Positions 1 to 11,828 of a DNA stretch of 64,000 nt are shown piece after piece. This DNA is from Camelus ferus (lineage: Eukaryota): the NCBI RefSeq assembly GCF_009834535.1, contig NC_045696.1:16866001-16930000 (forward strand). Direction: 5' to 3'. Made by a program: the position numbers and the translations under genes. Position 1 is the first letter of the stretch. Every line of letters begins with the position of its first letter. The notes below the pieces were generated by a model. It was not told the origin of the DNA, did not search any database, and saw nothing but the letters and a program-made list of their open reading frames with translations.

Positions 1-364
1 AATCAAGAATTCTGGGAAATCCAAACCCCTAAGAGTCTATTACTGAGATCTCAAGACAATAGGTAGAGCAATGAAACACAGCCTTGGAGCTTTTCAATTT
101 GATGCAGGTATCATTTCACAATGGATTTCTATGTTCAGATAGTGAATTCCACTTCATTAGAAAACAGATAATGCCTCCAGCCCCACCCACCTATGGCAAT
201 TCAGAGAAAATGTAGTAGCACATAGATTTTATATTCATACCACTGTTTTGGCTTCTTCTATTTAGTAAAGATAGTTTTGAGTTCCTCTCTCCTCATGTAT
301 GAGATATTTAAAAAGTAGAATCACTAAATACCAGTATTTCTTCTTAGTGACTTTTAATTCACTC

Positions 365-578
365 TTTTTTTTTTTTAACATTTTTTATTGATTTATAATC
401 ATTTTACAATGTTGTGTCAAATTCCAGTGTTCAGCACAATTTTTCAGTCATTCATGTACATATACACACTCATTGCCACATTTTTTTCTCTGTGAGTTAT
501 CATAACATTTTGTGTATATTTCCCTGTGCTATACAGTGTAATCTTGTTTATCTATTCTACAATTTTGAAATCCCAGTA
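365..578 (-). mobile_element. Young camelid-type LINE-1 3' end (5'-truncated, ~210 bp) with poly(A) and TSD
   Basis: T-run 365-376 followed by aacattttttattgatttataatcattttacaatgttgtgtcaaattccagtg, the reverse complement of the camelid L1 3' terminus as recalled. Flanking repeats taattcactctt (355-366) and taattcattctt (579-590) match 11/12. Confidence 0.85.
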
Positions 579-2347
579 TAATTCATTCTTGAAGACCCTA
601 CCCCTAAATGAAAAAACATTAAATGAGAAAAATTTTTTTTCTTTAATTTCAATGGAAAAAAACCCATGATGCACATCAACTTAACCCAAATATATAAACA
701 ATTTTCACAAACAGAAGTATATGTCAAACAAAATGAGTTTACACAAGTTATAAATAATTTGAAACTAAATACAATAAAAAGTAGGAAAATTAATATATTT
801 ATTTCAAACTTCTTTCTGTGCCATATTCTTTGCAACATTGTTTAATCTCTTGGAGGACTTATGGTTATTTTGCATTCAAATGCATTTTAAAATAGAACTT
901 TACCACAGGAAAACATCGTTAGGACAAAATAAAGGCTTAACACTGAAGCCTTGGAAAATTGTGGAAAACACAAATGTACACAATAGACCAAAGTCATAGT
1001 ATGTACTGTCTCTTTATCTCTCTCTTTTTTATAGAAATACACAAAACAAAAAGGGTTTTGGACTCATCTAAACAACTGTACAATTCAAGTTTGTTTCAGA
1101 AAACATTCTCTGAATAAAAACCTTTGTGTTGAGTAAACTGATAAGTGTGCTTTTACCTGAAATCATAATGTTAAAATAGCACTATTCTGTAGTATTTCTT
1201 TGATGAGGTTTGGAGTGAAAACTTATTAAACAAATAAAAGAGGAGACATCATCAAACAATGCAAAATGTTTTTGTAAGTTGATCTGGCTAAAAGTCTGAC
1301 TACTACAGATCTACCTCACAGAAAAACGTTCAGTAATAAATATTAAATAATAAACTTAATTGTACACCACTTCTGAGTTTTCCATAGCTCTTAATTTGTA
1401 AATTGATGTCTAATTAAATTGACACTTTACCTATCTTTGTTTATATCTATTTCATCCCAAATTAGCTTTTCAAGAGCTTCTTGATGTTCAGGATGTCTTC
1501 AGAAGCCTTGGAAATACTATTTCCCCTAAATAGGATATTTTATGTTAAAGTAAAATATACAAAAAAAATTCAATAGTCGAGGATTAAATTGAAGCTTTAA
1601 CTTCATTCTTAGGCTTTTTTTATTAATGGAATATATTAAATTACTGAGGATAATGACACCATAAGGGAAAGGATCTTGAGTGACTCTAGCACCGTCCCCC
1701 ACCCCCCGTGGTTTATATTCACCAGGGAAATGGTAATTTTTATTATTTAACTTGACATGAACAGAATTCAAACTGACATTTCTTACAATGCTCTGCTATT
1801 TTTGTTTCACTTTCATTAGCATCTGCCATGCCAAGAATGCTGAAGGGAGAAAGAGTTAACTTTTTCTTTCCTTTGAAAGAAGAGAGGCTGAAGTTGTCAG
1901 AAATTCTGAGCTGGTCTGTTATCTCCTTATTCCTTTATTCTATCATGAATGAGGAGAAAAATTTAGGAAGTTATACTGATAGAAAAATTTTTCTAACCTA
2001 AGTCAGCCAATTGGCAGAAATCCTCTGGAGAATATTCTTTTGAGAGTTGAACTTCCTAATACAAATGTTCAGAATGTCTGGGTTTAAGTGTCTGCTGTGG
2101 AGAGACAGGGGACAAGACCAGGACACAGTGGGTGGGCAGAAGAGGAATATGGTGGGGCCTTGATTATTGTGTCTTACACCAAAAAATGTTAATTTAGCCA
2201 TCTCAGCCATTCTTGGACACAAACTGTGCTATGAACAATCAAAAGAAGCAAACATTGGAACTTGAGTCTAAAGAACAAGTTTTCCTCAGGGATTGTTCTC
2301 AGATCATTATTCCCTATATTCAGAGGATTTGCTTCTGGCTAACACCT

Positions 2348-2725
2348 TGTATTAGTTTATGAGGGCTGCCTTAAAAAAAATACCACACATCAGCCGGCTT
2401 AAGCAACTGAAACTTACTGTGTCATAATTCTGAAGACTAGACATTCAAGATCAAGTTGTCAGCAGATGAGGTTTCTCCTGAAGCCTCTCTCCTTGGCTCA
2501 CAGATGGCTGTCTTCTTGCTGTGTCCTCGCGTGGCCTCTTCTCTCTGCACAAACATTGCGGGTGTTTCTCTCTCTTCGTCTAAGGACACCAACCATATTC
2601 ATAGGGCTTAATTTTAACATAGCTACATCTTTAAAGGTTCTACTTTCAAGGAAAATCATATTCTGAGCTACTGGGAATAAGGACTTCAACATATGAATTT
2701 GGTAAAGACAATTCAGTCCGTTACA
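2348..2725 (-). mobile_element. MaLR solo LTR (MLT1B/C-like)
   Basis: Begins tgtattagttt..gggctgcc, contains caagatcaag.tgtcagcag and aggacttcaacatatgaattt, and ends aattcagtccgttaca. These are characteristic reverse-strand MLT1 motifs. Confidence 0.85.
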
Positions 2726-2899
2726 ACTAAATATTATTTACCTTTAAGTAAAGCTTGTCAAAAAATAAATGGAATATGATACCATTCCAAAGATATGAAA
2801 ACTTATTTTGAAAACTAACCTACTTAATTGAGGACCATCAAGCCCAAAAGTCTTTAAGCTTGTATAGACATTAAAACATTTTTGTCAGCACCAAATTTA

Positions 2900-3470
2900 A
2901 TGGTAATGAATTAACTGGATATTCATATAGGAAAAAAAAAACATTATTTTTCAACTTCTAATTCATTCTATAAGCACAATTTATTTCAACCTAGATCATA
3001 GACCTAAGCATAATTGCTAGAGTTATATAATTTGTAAAAGAAAACTAAGAGAATATATTTGTGACCATGGGGATAAGCAAACATTTTAGGGTGGGATACA
3101 AAAAGAACTATTCATACAGGAAAATAAGTGCACACACATACATATTCATACACATATCACTACAAATTAATCATTGATAATCAATAACTATAAGCCGTAT
3201 TAGTCTAAATCTGGAAACAAATCAAATGCCTGTAACAGGAGACCATGATAAACACATCGTGGTAAACCCACATAATGTAGCACCACTCAGCACAAAAGGC
3301 AACAGGTTACTGAGACATGAAACCACATGGATGGGTCTCAGACACTCAAAGAGACACAAGGAAACTTTCTGCAGTGCCAAAATGTGCTAGGTCTTAGCAA
3401 ATGCACTGAGCTGAAAGCTTAGAATCTGTGCACTTTGTTGGATAAAAAATGTTTTTAAAGAAAAAAGAAA
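2900..3470 (+). mobile_element. Old L1M (L1ME-like) ORF2 end / 3' UTR fragments
   Basis: Degenerate L1 motifs: tagatcatagacctaa, aagaaaactaagagaatatatttgtgacc, ctggaaacaaatcaaatgcc, accactcagca, acatggatgggtctcaga. Confidence 0.6.
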
Positions 3471-4629
3471 AATACACATATCCACAAAACTTTTTGGAAA
3501 TGATAAAAAGACTGAACATCTATTTTATGGCTATTAGATATCATTGCATTTAAATTTCTGGAAGAACAAGCCTCAACTAAATTATTCTCCATTATAGGAG
3601 ATATTCAATAGCTAGGTGCCCAGGAGGAGTTAGTTAATTTGGAAAGGTGATGGGAAATAGGAGGTTTATGAGAAGGTAATTTTATTTAATTGTATTTTTC
3701 TGATAGAAAGAAAATTAGCTTCTGGGAAAATATATGCAACACAACCAAAAAGTATGTGCAAATATTCTTAGAATTGTCTTAGAAGTAATCTAAAATCATT
3801 TTACTGTAATTTTGCTCAAGTTTCAGCCTGGGAAATAGATACGCTTTTTATTCCTATGCTATAGGTTACCCAATGAAAAATACAGCATCAATCCCTATCA
3901 TTCATAAAAGTCTCTGATGACTTGTGAACTTCATGCAATTTATACTTTAATCACTGCTCTTGGTAGTAGAGAAGTGACTGCCTCTGTTGTATAGTTCCCT
4001 TGACACGTGCAGAGGTTATAAAAGAGGGAGCTAAAATATAACCTCTATTTGGATGCAATTTTTTCCTTCTGGGAAGCGTATTCTTAGTGAGAAAAGGATA
4101 AAGCCTCTTCTACAGTTCCTCTTATATTCACAGAAAGTTCCCAGGAAGACTTTTAGTTACATAATTAACAATTTGAAGATGATGTGGGAAGGAAAAAGTG
4201 CATCCTTCGGTGCAGTCTTCAGAGAGAGCGATGAACATTTTCAATCAGGTCTTTGAATCAGGGTGAGCGTTCTGTTTTTATTTCCACTTCATATGGACTT
4301 GTTTACAGTTGAGTGATTCCAAGCTGCCACTGAGAAACTTAGATTAAAATGAGTAAGTGGATGAACAAACTAAATACATCGACATAAAAGGGAATATTTA
4401 GTAACTTTTACTTAGCAAGTTATTTTGTGTAATACTAAATCACATGAAAAATGTACATGATAAATAGAAAAATAAAACTATACCAAAATCAGCACAGAAA
4501 CAACACAAATAATAGATAACATCTATATAATGATGATCAGTGGCAGATACAGTTCTAAATAATGATGGATATTTAACTTATTGACCACAACATTATGAGC
4601 ACGTACTAACATCTTCTGCATTTTACTTA

Positions 4630-4949
4630 TGAGATATCTGAGGCCCGGTCAAGACTAAATAAGGACAAAAAATCCCTCCTTCCCCCCAGAAAGGTGGAGC
4701 TGGGGTGAAGAGGACTGGAAAGAGGACCCCAAACCCCTCCCTGCCAGTGAATATTCTGCCCATTCATTTTTATACCCATATAACCAGGATGACAAAGAAA
4801 CTCAGGAGAGTGACCCACCTGGGTCTTCCTGAGCGTCCCTTGAGAGATGCTATCTACCCCTTAACAAATCCTTGCTTTGCTCTCTTGACCTTTGTGTCTC
4901 ATTTCTGCATTCTTTTTGTGACAAGACAAGAACTTGCTCTCTGATGACA
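4630..4949 (+). mobile_element. Probable ERV solo LTR (family unassigned)
   Basis: GC-richer ~320-bp island with TG...CA ends (tgagatatc...gatgaca), a TATA-like atataa, a degenerate polyA signal (aacaaa) and a U5-like ttctttttgtgacaagacaagaac. No clean TSD. Confidence 0.6.
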
Positions 4950-5029
4950 ATTCTACAAATACGGAATATTTGTAGACATGGTGATACAGAAGAGAGGGCA
5001 TTCTAAGTAGAGAAAATGCCACAAATCCT

Positions 5030-5150
5030 GGCATCGGTGAGCTGATATTAGGGGGCTTTAAATGCCAGGGTAGGGAATTTAAATTGATTTGACAGGCAAC
5101 AGATGATGATCAGAGGTTTTGATCAAGGACATCTTACTATCTATCATGTA
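5030..5150 (-). mobile_element. L2 fragment
   Basis: ggggctttaaatgccagggtagggaatttaaattgat...gaggttttgatcaagga resembles reverse-strand L2. Confidence 0.45.
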
Positions 5151-5354
5151 AAAGAAAAGGTGAAACTCCAATATTGGGAAGGGTGAATTAGATGAGGAAT
5201 GTTTGATGAAAGATTAGTTATCATATTAATTCAAATATGGCCTAGATAAATATAAAGGATTCTATATTTAGGCATGGTAGGAGGAGAGTGTATAGATTAT
5301 TGGCATAAACTGTCATAAAACCTCAAAAGCACCCAGACTAAGGGTTTATTTTTG

Positions 5355-5743
5355 TAAGTTAGTTGGCTGGCCTGGTTGTTCTTCAGCTCCCTTGACCTCG
5401 GCTGGGATCACTCACATGTCTCATGGCCATGTGGCTGATGCTGATCTGGGATGGCCATCCTGAAATGACTAAAGAAACTTGACTGAGCGTCATAAACCTC
5501 TCCTCCTCTAGCAAGCTTGTCTTGGCATTTCTCACGCCAGTGTCAGAGGGACAAGAGCAAAGTGGAAAAGCACAAGCTCTTTTCACAATTGTCTATTTGA
5601 GTCACATCTACTAATGGGGCAGCGGACAGTGCAAATGTCAAGCTCAGAGTCAGAAATACAGGGCACCAAAAAACAAGTGAAAACAAAAAACGATCCAGGG
5701 AAAGGGGGAAGGATTTGGGCCATTTTTGCAATATACTTACCAC
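5355..5743 (-). mobile_element. MaLR LTR (MLT1F/G/H-like)
   Basis: ggctgggatcactcacatgtct, ctctagcaagcttgtcttggcat, and terminal gggccatttttgcaat..taccaca. Confidence 0.65.
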
Positions 5744-5792
5744 AGAATGGAAGGGAGAGGACAGACTTAAATAATATACGTTATATTTATTT

Positions 5793-5897
5793 AAATATGG
5801 AACACTTCACCAATTTGCATGTCATCCTTGCACAAGTGTCAAGCTATTCTTCTCTGTATCTTTCCAATTTTAGTATATGTGCTGCTTAAGCAAGCAT
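5793..5897 (-). pseudogene. RNU6: Full-length U6 snRNA retropseudogene
   Basis: Reverse complement aligns end to end to vertebrate U6 with ~14 substitutions by my count. All 7 CpGs are lost, the ACAGAGA box is intact and the ISL is mutated. Degraded A-tail at 5778-5792; TSD ttaaataatat (5767-5777) / ttaaatgatat (5898-5908). Confidence 0.95.
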
Positions 5898-6249
5898 TTA
5901 AATGATATTTTGAATGTGTGTGTGTGTGCAGTATTTGTGTATTTAAGTAGTAACCGCTTAACCAAAATAAATTGGTACACTATTCCCCTGGTGGTGACAT
6001 AATTTTCAAAGACAGTATGAAAACAGAAAGGTAGAGAGCAAAAGACCGATAGAGAGAGATGGAGAGAATGTGTCACATAAACAACTTGGAAGGATGTCTA
6101 TGAATTGGCTACAAATAAAAAGTTGGATTTGAGTCAATGGAATTGCAAGACCCTAGCCCTGTTAATTTTAGATTTACGGGAAAAATGAAAAACTGAAGCC
6201 CAAGCAGAAAATATATTCCCAGAACAGGCTTTAATTGGTTGTTTCCTGG

Positions 6250-6418
6250 AGTCAGATAATCTGAGACTGTACTCTGACTGTGTTAAATTTTACGTCTGGC
6301 CCTCAGGCATCTCATCTGTTACATATGGATAGTAGTATCTACTTGACAGCTACAATTTTAAGGAGTGAATGAAACATCTGACAAAAGACAGAAGTATTGT
6401 TAGTACTCAGTAAGTACG
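6250..6418 (+). mobile_element. MIR SINE
   Basis: gagtcagataatctgag..., cctcaggcatctcatctgttacatatggatagtagtatctac (MIR core-like), ending tactcagtaagt. Confidence 0.6.
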
Positions 6419-6468
6419 TCCATGTTCTTCCTCTCCATCTTCTTTGCTTAACTCTCCCCTATCCCGAT

Positions 6469-6517
6469 TGTGTGTGTGTTTGTGTGTGGGTGTGTGTGGG
6501 TGTGTGTGCGTGTGTGT
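6469..6517. repeat. Imperfect (TG)n microsatellite
   Basis: Directly visible TG run with interruptions. Confidence 0.95.
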
Positions 6518-6537
6518 ATGTAATGAATGTTCTTTTT

Positions 6538-6670
6538 TTTTGCAGTCTTCATCTTACTTTTTTAAAATCTATATAAATGTATTTGGATAAATATCTGTAT
6601 ACATATTTTAAAAACTATATTATACACGAGTCATTTTTAATTAAAATTTGTAATTTAGTGTGCCATGGAC
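6538..6670 (-). pseudogene. Unidentified ~135-bp retroposed insert with a perfect 20-bp TSD
   Basis: atgtaatgaatgttcttttt occurs at 6518-6537 and 6671-6690. A T9 run at 6533-6541 is an A-tail on the minus strand. The target site reads CT/AAAAA on the minus strand, resembling an L1 endonuclease site. Confidence 0.7.
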
Positions 6671-7905
6671 ATGTAATGAATGTTCTTTTTAGTTTAGAGA
6701 ACAAAGACTAAAAAGGCTCATGTTGCTATAATAGTACAAGTAAGTAAAAAACTACAATCTTGAATATTTACTCCTTTTCTGCAGAAAAAAGATTAGTGAC
6801 AAGACCTTGAGATTCTTACACAAACTCTGCTGATACATTTTGAGGGGTTATGTAAATGTTAAAATCCTTGTCACAGTTGTCTGTGACTACTTGCCTATTG
6901 ATGACATCTGTGGATTCTCTGATTTTTTCATACGTTGTATCATGAATTTTTAGACTCTGTACACTTTAATTTTGAAGCAACTAAACTAGATGAAATAAAA
7001 ATAAGATTGTGAAATGTTTAATCACCTCAGGATTAAAAGTGACAACAAAAACAATTAAAAAATCAACAACTACTATCTTGAAATAAACTTATAAAAGTGC
7101 ACTAGTTACTGACAAGTTCAACCACACAGATTCAAATAGATGTAAAGACGTTTCTAAAAATGAAGTGCTCCATTTGTGCAGATAGGTAGAAGGAAAATTA
7201 CTTTGGATTTTTTCACAGTCAAATTAATAAATATGCCATTGTATTTGACATTTCTTGATGTACTCTAATTTTAATTTAATTTAATTGTGATTCAATTTCT
7301 GTCTAATTTTATAGCTAAATACTTATACACAATAAGTTTATTATGATGTTTTGTGATAAGGATTCATGGGTAATAGATAATGAATCCTTAGATGAGTCAA
7401 TGAATGATCTAATGATCATTATTATTAACAGATGTTTGTAAAATCTACTCTTTTCTAGGAATATTATAACATAAAAAATTAGAAAGATCCTTATCCACTA
7501 AGACACTGGACTAATTTCTTGGTGGAACAAGATAGCACTTGTGATGATTGATTTCAGGAGACATTGAAATACATAATATTACTTCTCAAAATAACTTCTA
7601 TTCTCTAAGAATTCTCCATAATTTTCACATAGTGGAAAAAGCAGAGTTTTTGAAAAATTATTATTTTAGGTGCAATTAATTCTAGCAGAAGTGATTATTG
7701 TCAACTGTACAGGTTACTGGAAGTTGAGGTTATTTGGTGACTCTATTTGAAGGTGACTGAAAAGGGAATACAATTAAAGGCAGGCACTCTTCAAAATGGG
7801 TTTTAATAATGAAAAAGAGCAGAGTGTAAGGGACTTCTCAGCACCAAATAGAGAGATCACCAAAGATAAATATTGTCTTTGCAATTTTACCCAGAGCTGG
7901 CTCCA

Positions 7906-8400
7906 TTTTTTTTTTTAATGCAGAAAAGCAATTTATTCCATTATCAGCACTTACACAGTTAGTCATGGAGAGTAACAGGCCTGCTGGTGAAACAGGTCAC
8001 CCAGAATAAGTGATGGTATCAAACTAGTTGTCAAGGACTAACTCCTTAAAAAAAAAAAAAAAAAGCAACTCTTCTCCATGATTAATTCTAAAAACACATA
8101 CAAACTATCCATTCACTTTTCCCAACATAACTGGACAGTCTAATTGTGGTATAACTGTCAGGTGAAAATATACACCTTTACAATTTGGTGGTTCCAAGTT
8201 ATTTTTTTTTAAACATTTCACAGAAAGGAAAGAATATGAAAACTGCTCAAGAAATACACTAACAAGCAAAAATATATGGGGAAAGAGGAACACACAGTTT
8301 TGACTGAACTGAAGAAACTGAGAGGAGACTGGTTTATTTAAGAAAATGTGCATCCTGGAAAGTTAAGTGTGAAGATTTTAGAGTAGATGCAGTGGAGGTT
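7906..8400 (-). pseudogene. RBBP4: 5'-truncated processed retrocopy of an mRNA 3' UTR, recognised as RBBP4
   Basis: T11 at 7906-7916, AATAAA on minus (tttatt 7932-7937), and 13-bp perfect TSD agagctggctcca (7893-7905, 8401-8413). Minus-strand text ctttccaggatgcacatttt...ggagttagtccttgac.actagtttgat...gggtgacctgtttcaccagcaggcctgttactctccatgactaactgtgtaagtgct...ggaataaattgcttttct matches the RBBP4 3' UTR as I recall it. No CDS is included. Confidence 0.8.
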
Positions 8401-9894
8401 AGAGCTGGCTCCAGTGTCAGAAGTACCTGAACTGAAACACCTAATGGCAGACACGTGGGTGAAGGAGACAGCTCTCCACCAGTAAGACTTGGAAAGTAGA
8501 GGCAAAGCTCTGCTAAACAATGTCTTCCTTCAGTATTCTCTAGGTACCTGAGGTTAATAGTCACCATTTGCATGTGCTCTCAAATTGAGGTTACAGGAAA
8601 CAAATAAAAAGAGTATAATGTGGGATGTGAGAATCCTGCCAAAAACCCACTCTTAAGTATCTACCAACAGGGCTCATGGTTCCTGGAGACATTAGGAGTC
8701 ATCTTCATTCAAAAGTCAATGCCAGTTCCCTTCTGCTTTCTTGGCTTCCAGGAGAGGCTGATATCCCACAGTTGGTTTTCTGGTCTTCCAGGTGCTTGAA
8801 CAAATGCTGCCCACCTGAGACCCTGGAGTTTTGGGCTGTTCTGTCTGTATTCCTTTGAAATCAACTTCTGGCTAGTGTGACACTCAGTTCTTTTGCTAAA
8901 GTTACTGTAACCATTTTTCTCCCTCTATCTGCCTGTATAAGGAAGCCTGTTTGTGTACATAAACAAGCTCAGACCTCCCCCTTAGTGAATTGACTTCTTA
9001 GCTTCACCATGGCTTACATTCCACAATAAATCTATTAATCCCTGCAGCATCAGGGAAACAAGCAAACAAACAAAAAACACAGGCAACTCTTGTGTCTATA
9101 GATTATAAATGAAGGTGCAATTCCTTGACTTCCGGTGGGCAGGGTTAAGCCAATTTGTATATTTAAATGAGTGAAAAGTCACAGGTAAAAAGTTAAAGAA
9201 ATAGTTACGTTTCTTATCCATATCATTTTTCACCTAAAATTATCTTACGGTGTGCATTTTTGAAATGAAGAGTGACAAAAACATATCTCATCTTTGGTGA
9301 ACAATGAAACAAAACAAAAGCCAGTCTTTTGCACTCAACACATCACAGCACAACTTTTATTAACTGATCTCCTTGTTACGTTTGACCTTGTGCACTTGAG
9401 TATCAATGATGTTGTTGTCTTTACTATTTCATCTCGCTTCAGCTTTATGAACTGCCTGTGGACAATAAAGTAAAGAAGACTGATAAGTACATTCAGAGTC
9501 TGGAATAAAGTTGGCCAACAGCTCTATCTTTGTAGTCTACGTGAATTCCCACAAACAGCCTTCTACTGTATTTTTCTTTTACTTTAAAAGAACTCCGTAA
9601 CGTTCATTTGAGTTTTTCAATTATACTAAAGTTGTGAGCTGAAACCCTGATTACCATGAAACATTTTGGGGGGTTTCTTATAAACAGATAAATTAGGGGA
9701 AAAGTAGGTCAAAAAAGAGCTAAACAGAAATTCAATACCATATATCTGAGTCCATGTTAACACACATTGTATGGCCAGACTTCCAAGATAGCAGTTTCCA
9801 TATATGAAATGCTTTAGTGAATTTGCATCTTCAAATAGACCCACTTTAATATGTCTTTGTAAATTAGAGATATGGTTTTATTGGAAGACAGTTC

Positions 9895-10345
9895 TTTGAT
9901 ATCTCAAGTTTCTATGGGTCTCACTTCTTTTCAGAATGCTTGGATAAGCAAGTAGCCTTGAGAAGGGGGAGACGTTCTCCTCCCTGGAGCAGATTTAAGT
10001 TCCAGCGTAACAAAGGCAATGTCTTTCTCTCTCTCTGGGGAGGAAGTTGGGTCAGTTTACCAGCAGCACTGGTATAAGATCAGAGGCTTACTAACATCAG
10101 TGTCCTTCTCCTGTGAGTCATCCCAGTGAGTGGGCAGGAAACACCAGACCCCCATTGTGTTGTCCTGTAAGAATAGGAACTCAGGAAACCAGTGCGCCAT
10201 GTCACTTGCTATAGCAGTGTGTAATCAACTGTTTTCGCTCTGACCCAGAAACCTCATGTCTCTTTGTACCTATGATGCTGTGACAGGCTGACTTGTTAGC
10301 TTGTGAGCAAGGCAAGATCTGGAGCATTGCTCCTGATCAGTGACA
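9895..10345 (+). mobile_element. ERVL-class solo LTR (LTR40/MER74-like; subfamily uncertain)
   Basis: 3' part ctctgacccagaaacctcatgtc...ctgtgacaggctgacttgttagcttgtgagcaaggcaagatct...tgaca matches an ancient eutherian ERVL LTR motif as recalled. Confidence 0.6.
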
Positions 10346-11082
10346 AGTTTATTTGAATCTCAGAAAATGCCTTAACAATTTTCCTTGACTGGATTATATT
10401 TTGTCATCGTTTTCAGAGTGATCTGCTTTTTTATATCAAGAAATGTTATCTGGTTGTATGATTAATAAATACAGTGGGAAATTAGAGAGACTGTAAATTA
10501 GGGAAGAATTCATTAATAGTACCCATCATTCTATCATTTTGAGAAAATCCTTAATAATATTCTCCATATATTCTGTGGTGTTCTCCATCTTGTAAGAACA
10601 CACAAACACACTTACATTTACACATAGAAATATAAATTTATAATTTGGGACCATATTCTATACACTGGTATATTTTGTCTCTAATTCTAGAACCTCATAT
10701 GTGCCTTCTTATTAATAATTCTTTATATGATACACTATCATTAATGAGTTATCAAAGATACCACTTGGGTTTTAATTTGTTTTTCTTTTTATTGCCTTTG
10801 TTTCTCATCGTCTCTCTCAGTTCCCAAAATTACACTTAAAGCTAACATTTACAGGATTCTAACCTATTTCACACAATCCACTAAAAGCTTTATATATGTT
10901 ATTTTTGTAATAATATCAAGAACCCTAAGAAAATATCTTTAGTTAAAAATAACTTTTTTCTATGTTACCAGCTGTTCAATTATCCTTAGAGAGACCTTCC
11001 TCACCCTAAGATAAAATTTTTGTTTTAAAATCTTTTATATTTAGCACAAATTTTTCTAGTGAGGGAGTGATCTAGTATTTCT

Positions 11083-11310
11083 AATAATTATGATATTTAA
11101 CATTTTCTGGACATTTACTATGGTCAAGTGCTTTTCTAAGCAGTGTGTACAGATGGTATTATTAAATTCTCAAAATTTCTCAGCTGGTAGTATTATCTTC
11201 ATTTTAAAGATAAATTAACTGAAGCAGAACAAGTTTAAACAATCTTCCAAAAGTCACTGAGCAAATAGGTTGCAAAATTAGGATGCACACTGTACAGAGT
11301 CTGACTCCAT
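11083..11310 (-). mobile_element. MIR SINE
   Basis: catttactatggtcaagtgct..., tattatcttcattttaaagataaattaactgaagc, ...gtctgactcca. Confidence 0.7.
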
Positions 11311-11828
11311 AACTCTTTCTGAACAACAGTAATGTTGAGAGTTAACCAAGAGTCCTACCACTGCTTCTTGAATTATCTGTTACTCATTTCCTAAATGAAG
11401 TGCTTTTTTTGTGAAATGGTTAGTTCAGGCATGCACTTGGGTCTATCTCTGGGCCTTTTCTTCCGTTACAAAATCTGGGTACTTATCTTGTGCCTTACAA
11501 AACAGCTGCTTTGAAGGAACAGCCAGAACGCCCTGATACGAGTTCTTCTACCAAAGTATATTTAATGTACATTTCTAAGAACCATAAGCATATGTGTAAT
11601 ATGTAAAGGTTTTTACAGTTTATTTAGGGGTTTTCAATAATTCCAGGGAATGAATGAATAAATATGGGAGGAAATGTATCAGGCTATCACAGTCATTCTC
11701 CAGTGTGCCATGGTCAAGTACTGGAGTCATGCAGAGACTCGCCATCCTAGCCCATCCCAGTGTCAGGACTGATGACACAATGTCCTCCTGGGTCTGTATC
11801 CAAGGAAGCTAACCAGATGGAAAGTCCA

